NCBI GenBank assembly: GCA_029564175.1
Contig: JAKQQL010000080.1
Coordinates: 1-19,342, forward strand
Direction: 5' to 3'
DNA length: 19,342 nt
DNA from: Candidatus Cloacimonadota bacterium
GTDB taxonomy: Bacteria; Cloacimonadota; Cloacimonadia; Cloacimonadales; WRIO01
Shown piece by piece: positions 7,945 through 16,901 of the stretch. The first letter of the stretch is position 1; every line of letters begins with the position of its first letter. A program made the position numbers and the translations under genes. Under the pieces are notes generated by a model. It was not told the origin of the DNA, ran no database searches, and saw only the letters and a list, made by a program, of their open reading frames with translations.

Positions 7945-8394
7945 ATGGCTGAAGAGAAGAAAAAAAGCCAAATTAATCCTGATGAAATAAGCATTTCAGG
8001 TACTAAGCATTTTTCATTAATCGATTTATTAATGATTATTATGATTGTAGGTCTGATTTCCTTAGCAATATTCCCTAAAATGCAGGATACTAAAAATGAA
8101 GAAATCATTCTGAACAGCTTAACCAAAATGCAGAAAATTATCCAGGCAAATGAAAAAATGAAACAAGATACTGGTGATTATGCATTTGATATTTCGATGC
8201 TAAATATGAATGATGAGATTAAAGATAGTTTCTTTGAATTTACTCTGAATGATACAGCTATCGTTGCAATTTCTAAAAATCTGTCTGTTAAAGAAGTATC
8301 ATATTACTATATGGTAGCAGATCAGAAATTTAAAATTGCACCAGACTCCAAAAAAATCATTGATGAGACAATTTTTGACAGAATAAAAAAATAA
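7945..8394 (+). CDS. Type IV pilin/pseudopilin-like protein with degenerate N-methylation motif
   Basis: Charged leader, then KH-FSLIDLLMIIMIVGLISLAIFP resembling G-FTLIELLxVIxIxGIL..IAxP. Strong SD AGGAGG. Confidence 0.75.
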   Translation: MAEEKKKSQINPDEISISGTKHFSLIDLLMIIMIVGLISLAIFPKMQDTKNEEIILNSLTKMQKIIQANEKMKQDTGDYAFDISMLNMNDEIKDSFFEFTLNDTAIVAISKNLSVKEVSYYYMVADQKFKIAPDSKKIIDETIFDRIKK

Positions 8395-8411
8395 AATGAT
8401 GTAATTTTATT

Positions 8412-8444
8412 AAAAAGTCTCGTCTTCTGTGCGAGACTTTTTTT
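8412..8444 (+). terminator. Rho-independent terminator (possibly bidirectional)
   Basis: AAAAAGTCTCG - 9 nt loop - CGAGACTTTTTTT just after the pilin stop. Confidence 0.8.
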
Positions 8445-8559
8445 ATCATACAATAAAACTAACTGATAAACTGTTAGAAAGTATTTTTTATATCAGTCAG
8501 TAATAATTCAATTTTCACGTCCTTAATGAATTGAACTTAAAAAATGTTAGGGAGTTTTT

Positions 8560-10131
8560 TTGACAATCCCCATTATTGGTGCTTACGCAGAAATTCATTA
8601 TACCTTAAATGGAATAAAAGCAAAATATTATAAAAGTGTTCCTGAAATCATCTTTGATCTACCTGTTCGTTGTATCTTATCTAAAAGCAAGACAATTCCT
8701 CTGGCTTTAATCGTAAAAGATTCGCATCAATTTCCCTGTACGATTTTTGATATTAAAGTCAGCATAAAATATCAAAATTGTCAAAACTATTTAGTAAAAG
8801 AGACGCTTCCTTTGCAATATAAGCAGTTTATTAATAAACCTTTTTACTCTCATTTATTTGAAATACCTGTTCCTGATTCCTATATTAATCAGTCTATAGA
8901 AATATCTGTTCATTTTAAATACAGTACATCTAATACTCAGATACACAAGGGAATAAACGATAATTACAAAGCTTTACCTTCTCATTCCTTTACCTGTTTT
9001 ATAAGTACTGATCCCCTCCCTTTTCCAGCAGGTTACTGGAAAGGTGAACCACATTACCACAGCGATTATACCTCTGACCAGGTAGAGTTTGGGGCACCGC
9101 TTTATATAACAAAACGCTTTGCCATGGCTATGGGGATGGATTGGTTGTTTGTAACGGATCACTCTTACGATCTGGATGATTATCCAGATGATTATATAAA
9201 AAATGATCCTGATTTAACTAAATGGAAACAATTAGAGAATGAATGTAATTTACTAAATCAAAAAGATTTTCGTATGATTCAGGGAGAAGAAGTTTCCATT
9301 GGGAATCATAAAAATAAAAACATTCATTTGCTGGCTGTCGGTTGTCCTTTCATACATGGAAAAGGAGACAGTGCTGAAGAATGGTTTAAAAACAGACCTG
9401 ATTATCAGCTTAAAGACTTGCCCGATTTATTAAGAAACAACAAAAATGGGCTTTTAATCGCAGCTCATCCATTTGAAGATGTCCCTCTGTCTCAAAAGAT
9501 CACATTAAACAGAGGAAACTGGCACCTAAAAGATTACATTGATAATAAAATAGAATTTTTACAGGGGATAAACCAAAACAGTCTTTTTGAAGTTTTAAAA
9601 TCTATAAGTAAATGGAAAACATTGCTCTTACAAGGTCATTATTTATATTTGCTGGCAGGAAATGATGCGCATGGTAATTTCCAGTACATGAAGCAGATAA
9701 AAATTCCCTTCATAAAATTATTTTTAAGCAAAAAACAGATTTTTGCCAGATTTTTCACTGTTTTCAGATACACTGAGAATAATCCTATTGAAGGCATAAA
9801 ATCTAAACACTTATTGATAAGCAATGGTCCTTTTATAGATTTTCAACTAAAAGGGTTAAAAACATATCATATAGGAGACACTGTGTCTGAAGCCTTTTTA
9901 ACGCTTATCTACCATATTGACAGTATGTTAGAATTTGGAGAAATCAGTCTTGTGAAATTATTTATCGGAGATATTGACAAAAAAAAAGAAATCTGTTATA
10001 CTAATCCAGAAAATCATAATGTGCTTACTTTACCGAAAAGAGGGTATATCAGAATGGAATGTTTAACTCAAAAACTGGCAATCGCGATTACAAATCCAAT
10101 TTGGATTAATCAACTGGAGACACAGAAATGA
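8560..10131 (+). CDS. PHP-domain metallohydrolase (CehA/McbA-like)
   Basis: PHP motifs WKGEPHYHS, VTDH, GEEVS, H-LL, AAHP, GNDAH and a C-terminal TNPIW. TTG start with SD GGGAG. Confidence 0.82.
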   Translation: MTIPIIGAYAEIHYTLNGIKAKYYKSVPEIIFDLPVRCILSKSKTIPLALIVKDSHQFPCTIFDIKVSIKYQNCQNYLVKETLPLQYKQFINKPFYSHLFEIPVPDSYINQSIEISVHFKYSTSNTQIHKGINDNYKALPSHSFTCFISTDPLPFPAGYWKGEPHYHSDYTSDQVEFGAPLYITKRFAMAMGMDWLFVTDHSYDLDDYPDDYIKNDPDLTKWKQLENECNLLNQKDFRMIQGEEVSIGNHKNKNIHLLAVGCPFIHGKGDSAEEWFKNRPDYQLKDLPDLLRNNKNGLLIAAHPFEDVPLSQKITLNRGNWHLKDYIDNKIEFLQGINQNSLFEVLKSISKWKTLLLQGHYLYLLAGNDAHGNFQYMKQIKIPFIKLFLSKKQIFARFFTVFRYTENNPIEGIKSKHLLISNGPFIDFQLKGLKTYHIGDTVSEAFLTLIYHIDSMLEFGEISLVKLFIGDIDKKKEICYTNPENHNVLTLPKRGYIRMECLTQKLAIAITNPIWINQLETQK

Positions 10132-12503
10132 TCAAAAAAACTATTTTTGTCATACTATTTTTTTTTCTACTGATTAATCTATACACTCTGGAAATCACAA
10201 TACTTCAAAATCAATCAGTCATGTTGTTTATCCTTTCTCTGATTTGTTTTATCACATTATGTTTGTTGTTTTTTATATGTATAAGACATAAAAAACAATT
10301 ATGGAAAGAAGAGAGTGCTGCCAGCCAAAATCTAATCTCAGTATCAAAAGACATACTTTGCATTCTAAGTCAAAACTGGTCAATTTTGCAAATGAATCCT
10401 TCTTTTGAAAAAGTTTTGGCTTATAACCGAAAAGAGATGATCAATCATAATTTTGCAGAATTACTGGATCCAGATGAAAAAGAAAATTTTATTAGAGTAA
10501 AAAAGGATTTAAAAACTCAGGAAAAATTAGAGTTTAATACAAAGCTATTAAGCAAATCAGGAGAAGAACGATGGGTATCCTGGTATGCTTTTTTTGATCA
10601 GGATTCAATGAAAATATATGCTGCCGGTCGAGATATTACTAACGAAAATCTTTTCTTACTCCAGCTTCAACAATCTGAAGAAAGAGCTCGTAAACAGTTT
10701 AAAAGCATCCCAATTCCTACTTACACATGGAAAAGACAAGGAGATGACTATTTACTTGTCGATTACAATGACATGGTATTCAAGATGACAGATGGAGAAG
10801 TTCAGGACCATATTGGTATTAAAGCCAGTGAATTGCTAAAAAACAATTATCAGGTTCTTAGGGATATGGACTATTGTTACATTACTCGCAAGCCAATTCA
10901 TAAAGAAATTGAATTTTACATCGAAGATGACAATAAAAAACTTCATTTTGTAACCAGTTATGCTTTCGTGCCACCCGATTCTGTCATGATTCATATGGAA
11001 GATATCACAGATAAGAAAAATATCGAGATGGAATTAAGAAATAATGAAGAAAAATACAGAGCTTTATTTAATACTTCAACTGATGCGATTCTGCTCATTG
11101 ATCTTCAGGGGAAAATAAAAGACTGTAATATCGCCACTTCAACACTATTCAATTTTTCTTCCGAAGAGCTGACAGGCAAAGAAATCAGTGATTTATTTGT
11201 AACAGAGCATTTGGCAAGTTTTGATAAAGATATTGTAAATGGAGTTGAAGAATTGGTCTTTCAATTGTTTGGAATGGAAGTGATTGACGGGTTTGTTGAA
11301 GTAAACTGCATTAAAAAGAACCAAATGGTATTCCCTGCTGAGACACAGGCTCAATTCTTTACATTTAAGAACGACAGAATTGTCTTACTCTATGTGAGAG
11401 ACATTACTGAAAGAAAAGTAATGGAAACCCAAATTAAAGAAAGCTCAGCAAGACTCAGAACTGCTTTTGAAAGTCTGCCTTTTGATTTTTGGTTTACCAA
11501 TAAAGATCTTGTTTTTCTAATGCAAAGTAATCATTCAACTGAACTATGGGGCAACCTGATTGGCCATGAAATAAAATCATCTCCAATCCCTGATGAAGTC
11601 AAACAACAGTGGTCTAAAGATTGTTCCATCGCCCTTAACGGAGAAAAACTGATGAAAGAAGTGTCTTTCAGTAAACCCAATAATAAAATATTCTATCAGA
11701 TGATTGTCCCTGTCTTATCAGACAATGATATCAAAGGATTACTTGGAATCAATATAGATATAACTGAAAACAGAATGAGAGAAGAAGAACTTAGAAAATA
11801 CTCTATAGATTTAGAGAGAGTTAATCAAGAGTTAAAGTCCTTTGCCTACATTGTATCTCATGACCTAAAAGCTCCTTTAAGAGCAATTACCACAATGGTT
11901 GACTGGCTAATAACAGACTACGACGAAAAGCTGGATGACGAAGGCAAAAATATTCTTTCTCTGCTTAACAATCGTACAAAACGAATGCATGATTTAATTG
12001 ATGGGATCCTGAAATACTCAAGAGTTGGCAGACAAAATGTAATTCAGGAAGAGATCGAAATAGGCGAATTGATCAATCATGTCTGCCAGATGTTAATTAT
12101 TCCTGATCATATCAAATTACAGATTGAAGATCAAATGCCTATTATTTGGGCTGGTCGAGTTCATATGGAACAAATATTCCAAAACCTGATCAGTAATGCG
12201 ATCAAGTTTATGGATAAAGAATCTGGACTTATAAAAATTGCATGTAAAACATCTGAGAATTCTCATCTATTTTCAGTTGAAGATAACGGACCTGGTATAG
12301 AAGAAAGACATTTCAATAAAATATTCGAAATTTTCCAGACACTTAAACCGCGTGATGAATTCGAATCGACCGGTGTTGGACTTTCAATTGTCAAAAAAAT
12401 TATTGAAAATCTGGGCGGGGAGATATGGCTGGAAAGTAATGTAGGACAAGGTACCATTTTTTATTTTTCTATACCGATAAATGAAAAACCGGATAATTCA
12501 TAA
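10128..12503 (+). CDS. Membrane-anchored multi-PAS sensor histidine kinase
   Basis: Two N-terminal hydrophobic segments. PAS/PAC ends GRDITNE, EDITDKK, RDITERK, IDITENR. H-box FAYIVSHDLKAPLRAI, N-box QNLISNAIKF, G1 DNGPGI, G2 GVGLSIVKKII. ATGA overlap with the PHP gene. Confidence 0.95.
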   Translation: MIKKTIFVILFFFLLINLYTLEITILQNQSVMLFILSLICFITLCLLFFICIRHKKQLWKEESAASQNLISVSKDILCILSQNWSILQMNPSFEKVLAYNRKEMINHNFAELLDPDEKENFIRVKKDLKTQEKLEFNTKLLSKSGEERWVSWYAFFDQDSMKIYAAGRDITNENLFLLQLQQSEERARKQFKSIPIPTYTWKRQGDDYLLVDYNDMVFKMTDGEVQDHIGIKASELLKNNYQVLRDMDYCYITRKPIHKEIEFYIEDDNKKLHFVTSYAFVPPDSVMIHMEDITDKKNIEMELRNNEEKYRALFNTSTDAILLIDLQGKIKDCNIATSTLFNFSSEELTGKEISDLFVTEHLASFDKDIVNGVEELVFQLFGMEVIDGFVEVNCIKKNQMVFPAETQAQFFTFKNDRIVLLYVRDITERKVMETQIKESSARLRTAFESLPFDFWFTNKDLVFLMQSNHSTELWGNLIGHEIKSSPIPDEVKQQWSKDCSIALNGEKLMKEVSFSKPNNKIFYQMIVPVLSDNDIKGLLGINIDITENRMREEELRKYSIDLERVNQELKSFAYIVSHDLKAPLRAITTMVDWLITDYDEKLDDEGKNILSLLNNRTKRMHDLIDGILKYSRVGRQNVIQEEIEIGELINHVCQMLIIPDHIKLQIEDQMPIIWAGRVHMEQIFQNLISNAIKFMDKESGLIKIACKTSENSHLFSVEDNGPGIEERHFNKIFEIFQTLKPRDEFESTGVGLSIVKKIIENLGGEIWLESNVGQGTIFYFSIPINEKPDNS

Positions 12504-12521
12504 TAGAAGGAGCAACACCAC

Positions 12522-12887
12522 ATGTCACAGATATTATGTTGGGACACACATTTTGAACCATCAGAATTTAAAGAAAGCGTTGTTTTTTGTGATTCAAAGG
12601 ACAAAGTAATGAGTTATCTAACATCCACATCTGTTATTTTATTTAATAAAAGTGTTTTAGAAGTGAAAGAAAATCTGTATCTGCTCATATTGATAAAAGT
12701 ATCCTATCCTGGCACTTTACTAATTTTTGTAAATGGAGATAAATATCCCAATTTCTTTGTAAACATCCCTGAATCTCAATTAGATAAGTTCATAACTAGT
12801 TCAATAATTCGAACTTTCAGAGTAGAAGATAAATCACAAAGTATTCAAAATGCATTAAGTATAATCATGAACACTTCGACTACTTAG
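12522..12887 (+). CDS. Hypothetical protein, possibly a degenerate (pseudo) receiver domain
   Basis: SD AAGGAG, 121 aa, 18 nt after the kinase. Alternating beta/alpha pattern with IKVSYPGTLLIFVNG resembling REC alpha3-beta4. Confidence 0.6.
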   Translation: MSQILCWDTHFEPSEFKESVVFCDSKDKVMSYLTSTSVILFNKSVLEVKENLYLLILIKVSYPGTLLIFVNGDKYPNFFVNIPESQLDKFITSSIIRTFRVEDKSQSIQNALSIIMNTSTT

Positions 12888-13348
12888 TTTTTCTCATTTA
12901 CTATGACGTTATATAATTGAGTCGCATTTTCAGCCTGACTAATATCCTCCAGTAATTCTTTATTTTTCAGAATATTAACAATACGTGATAACAACCTCAG
13001 ATAATCTTTATCCTGTTTATCAGATGCAACAATCATCAAAAAGAGAGTAACAGGCTTATCATCAATTGAATCACAAGGGACTCCATTCTTACAACGCCCT
13101 ACAGCTATTACAAAATCCTTCACAGAAGCATGTCTGGCATGAGGTATAGCAATACCATAGCCAATCCCTGTACTCATTAATTTCTCTCTGGCATAAATAG
13201 CATTTCTGAGGATATTTTTATCGGTAACCAAATCAGAGTGATTAATTACCTTTAAAAGTGCTTCTAAAGCCTCTTCTTTAGTTTCTATATCTAAATCCAG
13301 AACTCTTTCAGGTGTAATATACTGTGATATATGGGGAAATTTTTCCAT
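12884..13348 (-). CDS. Stand-alone PTS EIIA (PtsN/Fru-like)
   Basis: REKLMSTGIGYGIAIPHAR signature and D..PVTLFLMIV. TAATG overlap with the upstream DUF116 gene. Confidence 0.92.
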   Translation of the reverse strand: MEKFPHISQYITPERVLDLDIETKEEALEALLKVINHSDLVTDKNILRNAIYAREKLMSTGIGYGIAIPHARHASVKDFVIAVGRCKNGVPCDSIDDKPVTLFLMIVASDKQDKDYLRLLSRIVNILKNKELLEDISQAENATQLYNVIVNEKN

Positions 13349-14481
13349 TATAGGTTTCCTCTCTGTTTCATGATTGTTTCCAATCTGTCTAAATTAATAT
13401 CGGTTACCACTCCTTTAGGATGCCAGTGTTTTTGACACCCCGGATAGTTTAGAAAAACACACTGAGCCGGCACTTTGGCATTCATTGCCTCCCAACCACC
13501 TGTAAACAAATTCATAGCACAAGCAATTCCGATAATAGCTATTTCACTTGTTATCTTTTTTTGTTTAAACCAATTGGAAAATCCAGTAGAATGAGAAATC
13601 AGTCTGGTCTTAAATTCATATTTTTCGGCAAGCTTTGATATCTGATTTACCTGACAATTTTTCATACAGCCAATACAAACAGCCTCATACTTCATTTTTT
13701 TAGCCGGACATTTTGCCTCACCTTTTTTACTCATACAGGATGGCAATAAGATATAATTATCCTTCTTCTTTTGCCATTCTTTCAAAAAGGCTGTATTCAG
13801 CATCTCTGAACCTATCAGATTTAACAAATAGTCATTGTGATGCCTTTTTAAGAGTATATAATCTTCCTTCCCTTTGTGAGTTTCCGGATAATCTGTAGCA
13901 AACTGATCATATTCTTTCATGCAAGTTTCCCTGACAGGTTTACTGATTTTTAAAAACAAAGTATTTAATCTGATCATTTTTTCTAAGAAATCCTTCTGAG
14001 CAGTAAGTTTCGATCTACTAAATCTCCTGATATATTTCTTTATCTGCCGGCATTCCTGATCAAATTCACCACTGGAATCTAACCATCGGTACAGATTTTT
14101 CATCTTCATAACAGGATTAGTGACAGAAAATTCAGGAGTTCCAACCAGATATCGGTTCATAAGCATAGCCCTGATTTTATCGTTTATAATTTTAATAAGC
14201 GGATGTATCTTTCGGGTTCGGTACAGGCTTTTTAAGATCAGATGCATAAGAGAAGAAACCTTTGGAATGTTTTCAGCATAATTGTGATACAGTACCGATA
14301 ATGCCAATAGTTCAACAGCAAAAACCTGTCGGTTGATTAATGGGTTCTTTTGCTTTTTTCCGGTATAACAGGCAATTTCTTCTTCAAAAATGTAATCAAC
14401 ACTTGCAAAGGTATCTTCTCTCATTTGAGCAGATACCTTATAAAAATTATTCATATATTTTAAGTGATAGGGTTTATACAT
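13348..14481 (-). CDS. DUF116 domain-containing Cys-rich protein
   Basis: C-terminal LLPSCM...CPA...CIGCMKNCQV...IIGIAC..NL..GG...PAQCVFL..PGC..HW...TDIN pattern. Confidence 0.8.
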   Translation of the reverse strand: MYKPYHLKYMNNFYKVSAQMREDTFASVDYIFEEEIACYTGKKQKNPLINRQVFAVELLALSVLYHNYAENIPKVSSLMHLILKSLYRTRKIHPLIKIINDKIRAMLMNRYLVGTPEFSVTNPVMKMKNLYRWLDSSGEFDQECRQIKKYIRRFSRSKLTAQKDFLEKMIRLNTLFLKISKPVRETCMKEYDQFATDYPETHKGKEDYILLKRHHNDYLLNLIGSEMLNTAFLKEWQKKKDNYILLPSCMSKKGEAKCPAKKMKYEAVCIGCMKNCQVNQISKLAEKYEFKTRLISHSTGFSNWFKQKKITSEIAIIGIACAMNLFTGGWEAMNAKVPAQCVFLNYPGCQKHWHPKGVVTDINLDRLETIMKQRGNL

Positions 14482-14591
14482 ATCAATCCTCTAAAACCTG
14501 ATTTTCTTTCTTATTCAATCAATCAGAAAGATCAAGATTGTCAAGCAGATTCTAAAGAGAATATGTGATAAAACCTATTGATATGTTTTTC

Positions 14592-16613
14592 TCAAATCTT
14601 AACCTTTTGATGATCACCTTTATAACGGAAGAGCATCACACGGCTATTCGGATATTTTTTATCGTATGTTTCTTTAAACAGGTCATAAGATTCCTCTCTC
14701 CCGCTTCCATGCATCGGCACAATCACTTTAGGCTGAAATGATTCTATCAGATATTCATAACTCTTCACCACTGCATCCGCATTCGGAAAGCCACAACCTG
14801 TTATTGGTACAAAAGCAAAATCGATTTTAGGATACTTTAGTTTCAGTTTATCTATGGATTGGGTATAGACATTAGGCCAGTCATTATTCATGTAAAGCGC
14901 ATCCCCGCTGTGTAAAAGAGTTAGATTCCGATATTCCACAACAAAGCCCACTCCAAGATCAACTGGAGATTTAAAAGTTGAAATTTTCAGATCATCGAAA
15001 ACATAACTGCTATCTGGCAATATTCGGGTATAATCGGGCAGCTCAAACGGGTGTGTTCTGAATACTCTGTCATCGTTAGGGTTAAAGCCAAAAAAATAAC
15101 GGATATCAGGATTGACTTTTTGCCAATTACTGATTTCCTGAGAAAAATGATCAGAGTGTTCATGACTGACAAAGACAAAGACCTTTTTGCCTTTTAAAAA
15201 CTCTGCATCAACAATCCCATTATCAATTGTAGGTTCATCTGGCAATGGAAGAAGCGGATAATAATCAAATATCATCCATATCTCTTTATAATTCAAGACC
15301 CAGCCACTATGCCCTGTATGATATATCTTCAAATCATTCTTTCCTGACTTTTTAAAAAATTCTTCAGCATACTGAGTCTTGATATCTTTCTGTTTTTTAT
15401 CTTTTTCTTTCAAAAGTTTTGCGATCTTTAGATGCTTATATTGCTTTGCATACTGATAAGCCGTCATTCCGTATTGATCACAAAGGTGTAAATCTGCACC
15501 ATGATCTATCAGCATACCAACAATTGTGCTATTTCCTTTTAAAACTGCCTGATGTAAAGCGGTTTGACCAATCTCGTCCTGAAGATTTAAGTCTGCTTTC
15601 AAATCAACTAGTTTTTGAACGGCTTCTATTTTTCCTTGCGAACAGGCAATCATTAAAACACTTTTTCCATTAACACTCTGATAATTGTATTTCGCCTGAT
15701 GATCCAGCAGGATATTAAAACTTGTCAGACTATCCGCATACAAAGCATCCATAATAGCCGTTTCACCATGAATATTCGCCTTGTTGATATCTGCCCCATT
15801 TTGGATTAAGTATCCGATCATTTCAGGATGAAGAAATGCAGCTCTGTGAAGTGGCATATTCCGTTCCTCAAATCCATCATTATTGATTTTATATCCGTAT
15901 TGAAACATTAAACGAAGTAACTCAAAATTTCCCATATTAATCGCTTCTAAAAACGCATCTGTACCGTAAGCATTTGTTAAATGAAAGTTAGGGTTTTTCT
16001 TCATAATCATTTCAGCAATCTGAAGATCATTTTTGGAAATTGCCAATAGTAAAGGGGTTGCCTGGTAAACCCCGCCCATTTTCTGATTGACATCAGCCCC
16101 ATTATCAAGCAGGAATTGAATCATTTCTCTTTTCTCAGATAATATGGATCTATGTAAGGGATTAATTCCATTGCTGGTCAGAAGATTAACATTAAATCCC
16201 CTTTTTACTAAATCCTTTGCAATATCAGTATTCCCTCCCATGGCAGTAAAATTAAAAATTCGGTTATCATCAATTGCTCCGGTTAAAGCGCCTTGGCTAA
16301 TCATCCAGTCATACAGATTTTTATCCCCATAAAGACAGGCATACATGATGGGAGTATCATTGTTTTCTCCCTGCTTATTGATATCGGCACCAAATTTTAC
16401 CAAACGCTTGGCTAGCTCAAATCGTTTGTACTGTAGGACATAATGTAAAACACCATCTCCCTTATAGATATCCTTGTTCAAATAGTCAGGTTGAATGGTA
16501 ACAAGTTGAATCATTTCTTCATCAGTAAATTTGTTCTCCCTAATGTCCATATCAGTAATCGCTGCCAAACTGCACACAAAACTGATGATTAATATCCACA
16601 ATATTTTCTTCAT
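14592..16613 (-). CDS. Secreted ankyrin-repeat protein fused to an MBL-fold metallo-hydrolase
   Basis: Signal peptide. Many ANK repeats (TPIMYAC, NPLHRSI, TPLLLAI, TALHQAV, GADIN/GADVN). C-terminal GHSG...FD...SHEHSDH...HSGD...PMH MBL motifs. Confidence 0.88.
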   Translation of the reverse strand: MKKILWILIISFVCSLAAITDMDIRENKFTDEEMIQLVTIQPDYLNKDIYKGDGVLHYVLQYKRFELAKRLVKFGADINKQGENNDTPIMYACLYGDKNLYDWMISQGALTGAIDDNRIFNFTAMGGNTDIAKDLVKRGFNVNLLTSNGINPLHRSILSEKREMIQFLLDNGADVNQKMGGVYQATPLLLAISKNDLQIAEMIMKKNPNFHLTNAYGTDAFLEAINMGNFELLRLMFQYGYKINNDGFEERNMPLHRAAFLHPEMIGYLIQNGADINKANIHGETAIMDALYADSLTSFNILLDHQAKYNYQSVNGKSVLMIACSQGKIEAVQKLVDLKADLNLQDEIGQTALHQAVLKGNSTIVGMLIDHGADLHLCDQYGMTAYQYAKQYKHLKIAKLLKEKDKKQKDIKTQYAEEFFKKSGKNDLKIYHTGHSGWVLNYKEIWMIFDYYPLLPLPDEPTIDNGIVDAEFLKGKKVFVFVSHEHSDHFSQEISNWQKVNPDIRYFFGFNPNDDRVFRTHPFELPDYTRILPDSSYVFDDLKISTFKSPVDLGVGFVVEYRNLTLLHSGDALYMNNDWPNVYTQSIDKLKLKYPKIDFAFVPITGCGFPNADAVVKSYEYLIESFQPKVIVPMHGSGREESYDLFKETYDKKYPNSRVMLFRYKGDHQKVKI

Positions 16614-16901
16614 TTACTCCCTCCTTTATTTGTTTTACTTTTCCCCTTGGTATCCAAAATAGCGCATGTAACGTTTTTATGATCTGTTTTATCTCATTTT
16701 ATCAAAAATGGTTATTTTTATCATTAATTTTCCCCAACTATATGTTTGATAATGCATTTAAAATGCCAATTTTAGAAAATTCATTTTTTTATCTGATTTT
16801 CAAAAAAATAATTGCATAAAAATGCCAGTCCATTAATTTTGTCTTATGATAATAAATAGTGTTCTATCCTATAAGGAAATAAAGGTATTTGAGGTTGAAT
16901 C

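Noticed and set aside
9979..10166. Phase variation at A9 (9979-9987) and T9 (10158-10166) homopolymers
   Set aside because: Both genes are in frame, and such runs are expected in an AT-rich genome.
14592..15330. Antibiotic-resistance metallo-beta-lactamase
   Set aside because: The motif layout (GHSG, HxHxDH, HSGD, PMH) fits the broad UlaG-like MBL-fold hydrolases, not B1/B2/B3 beta-lactamases.
16635..16667. uORF MRYFGYQGEK upstream of the ankyrin-MBL gene (minus strand)
   Set aside because: No SD, no attenuator structure or informative codon run; expected by chance.
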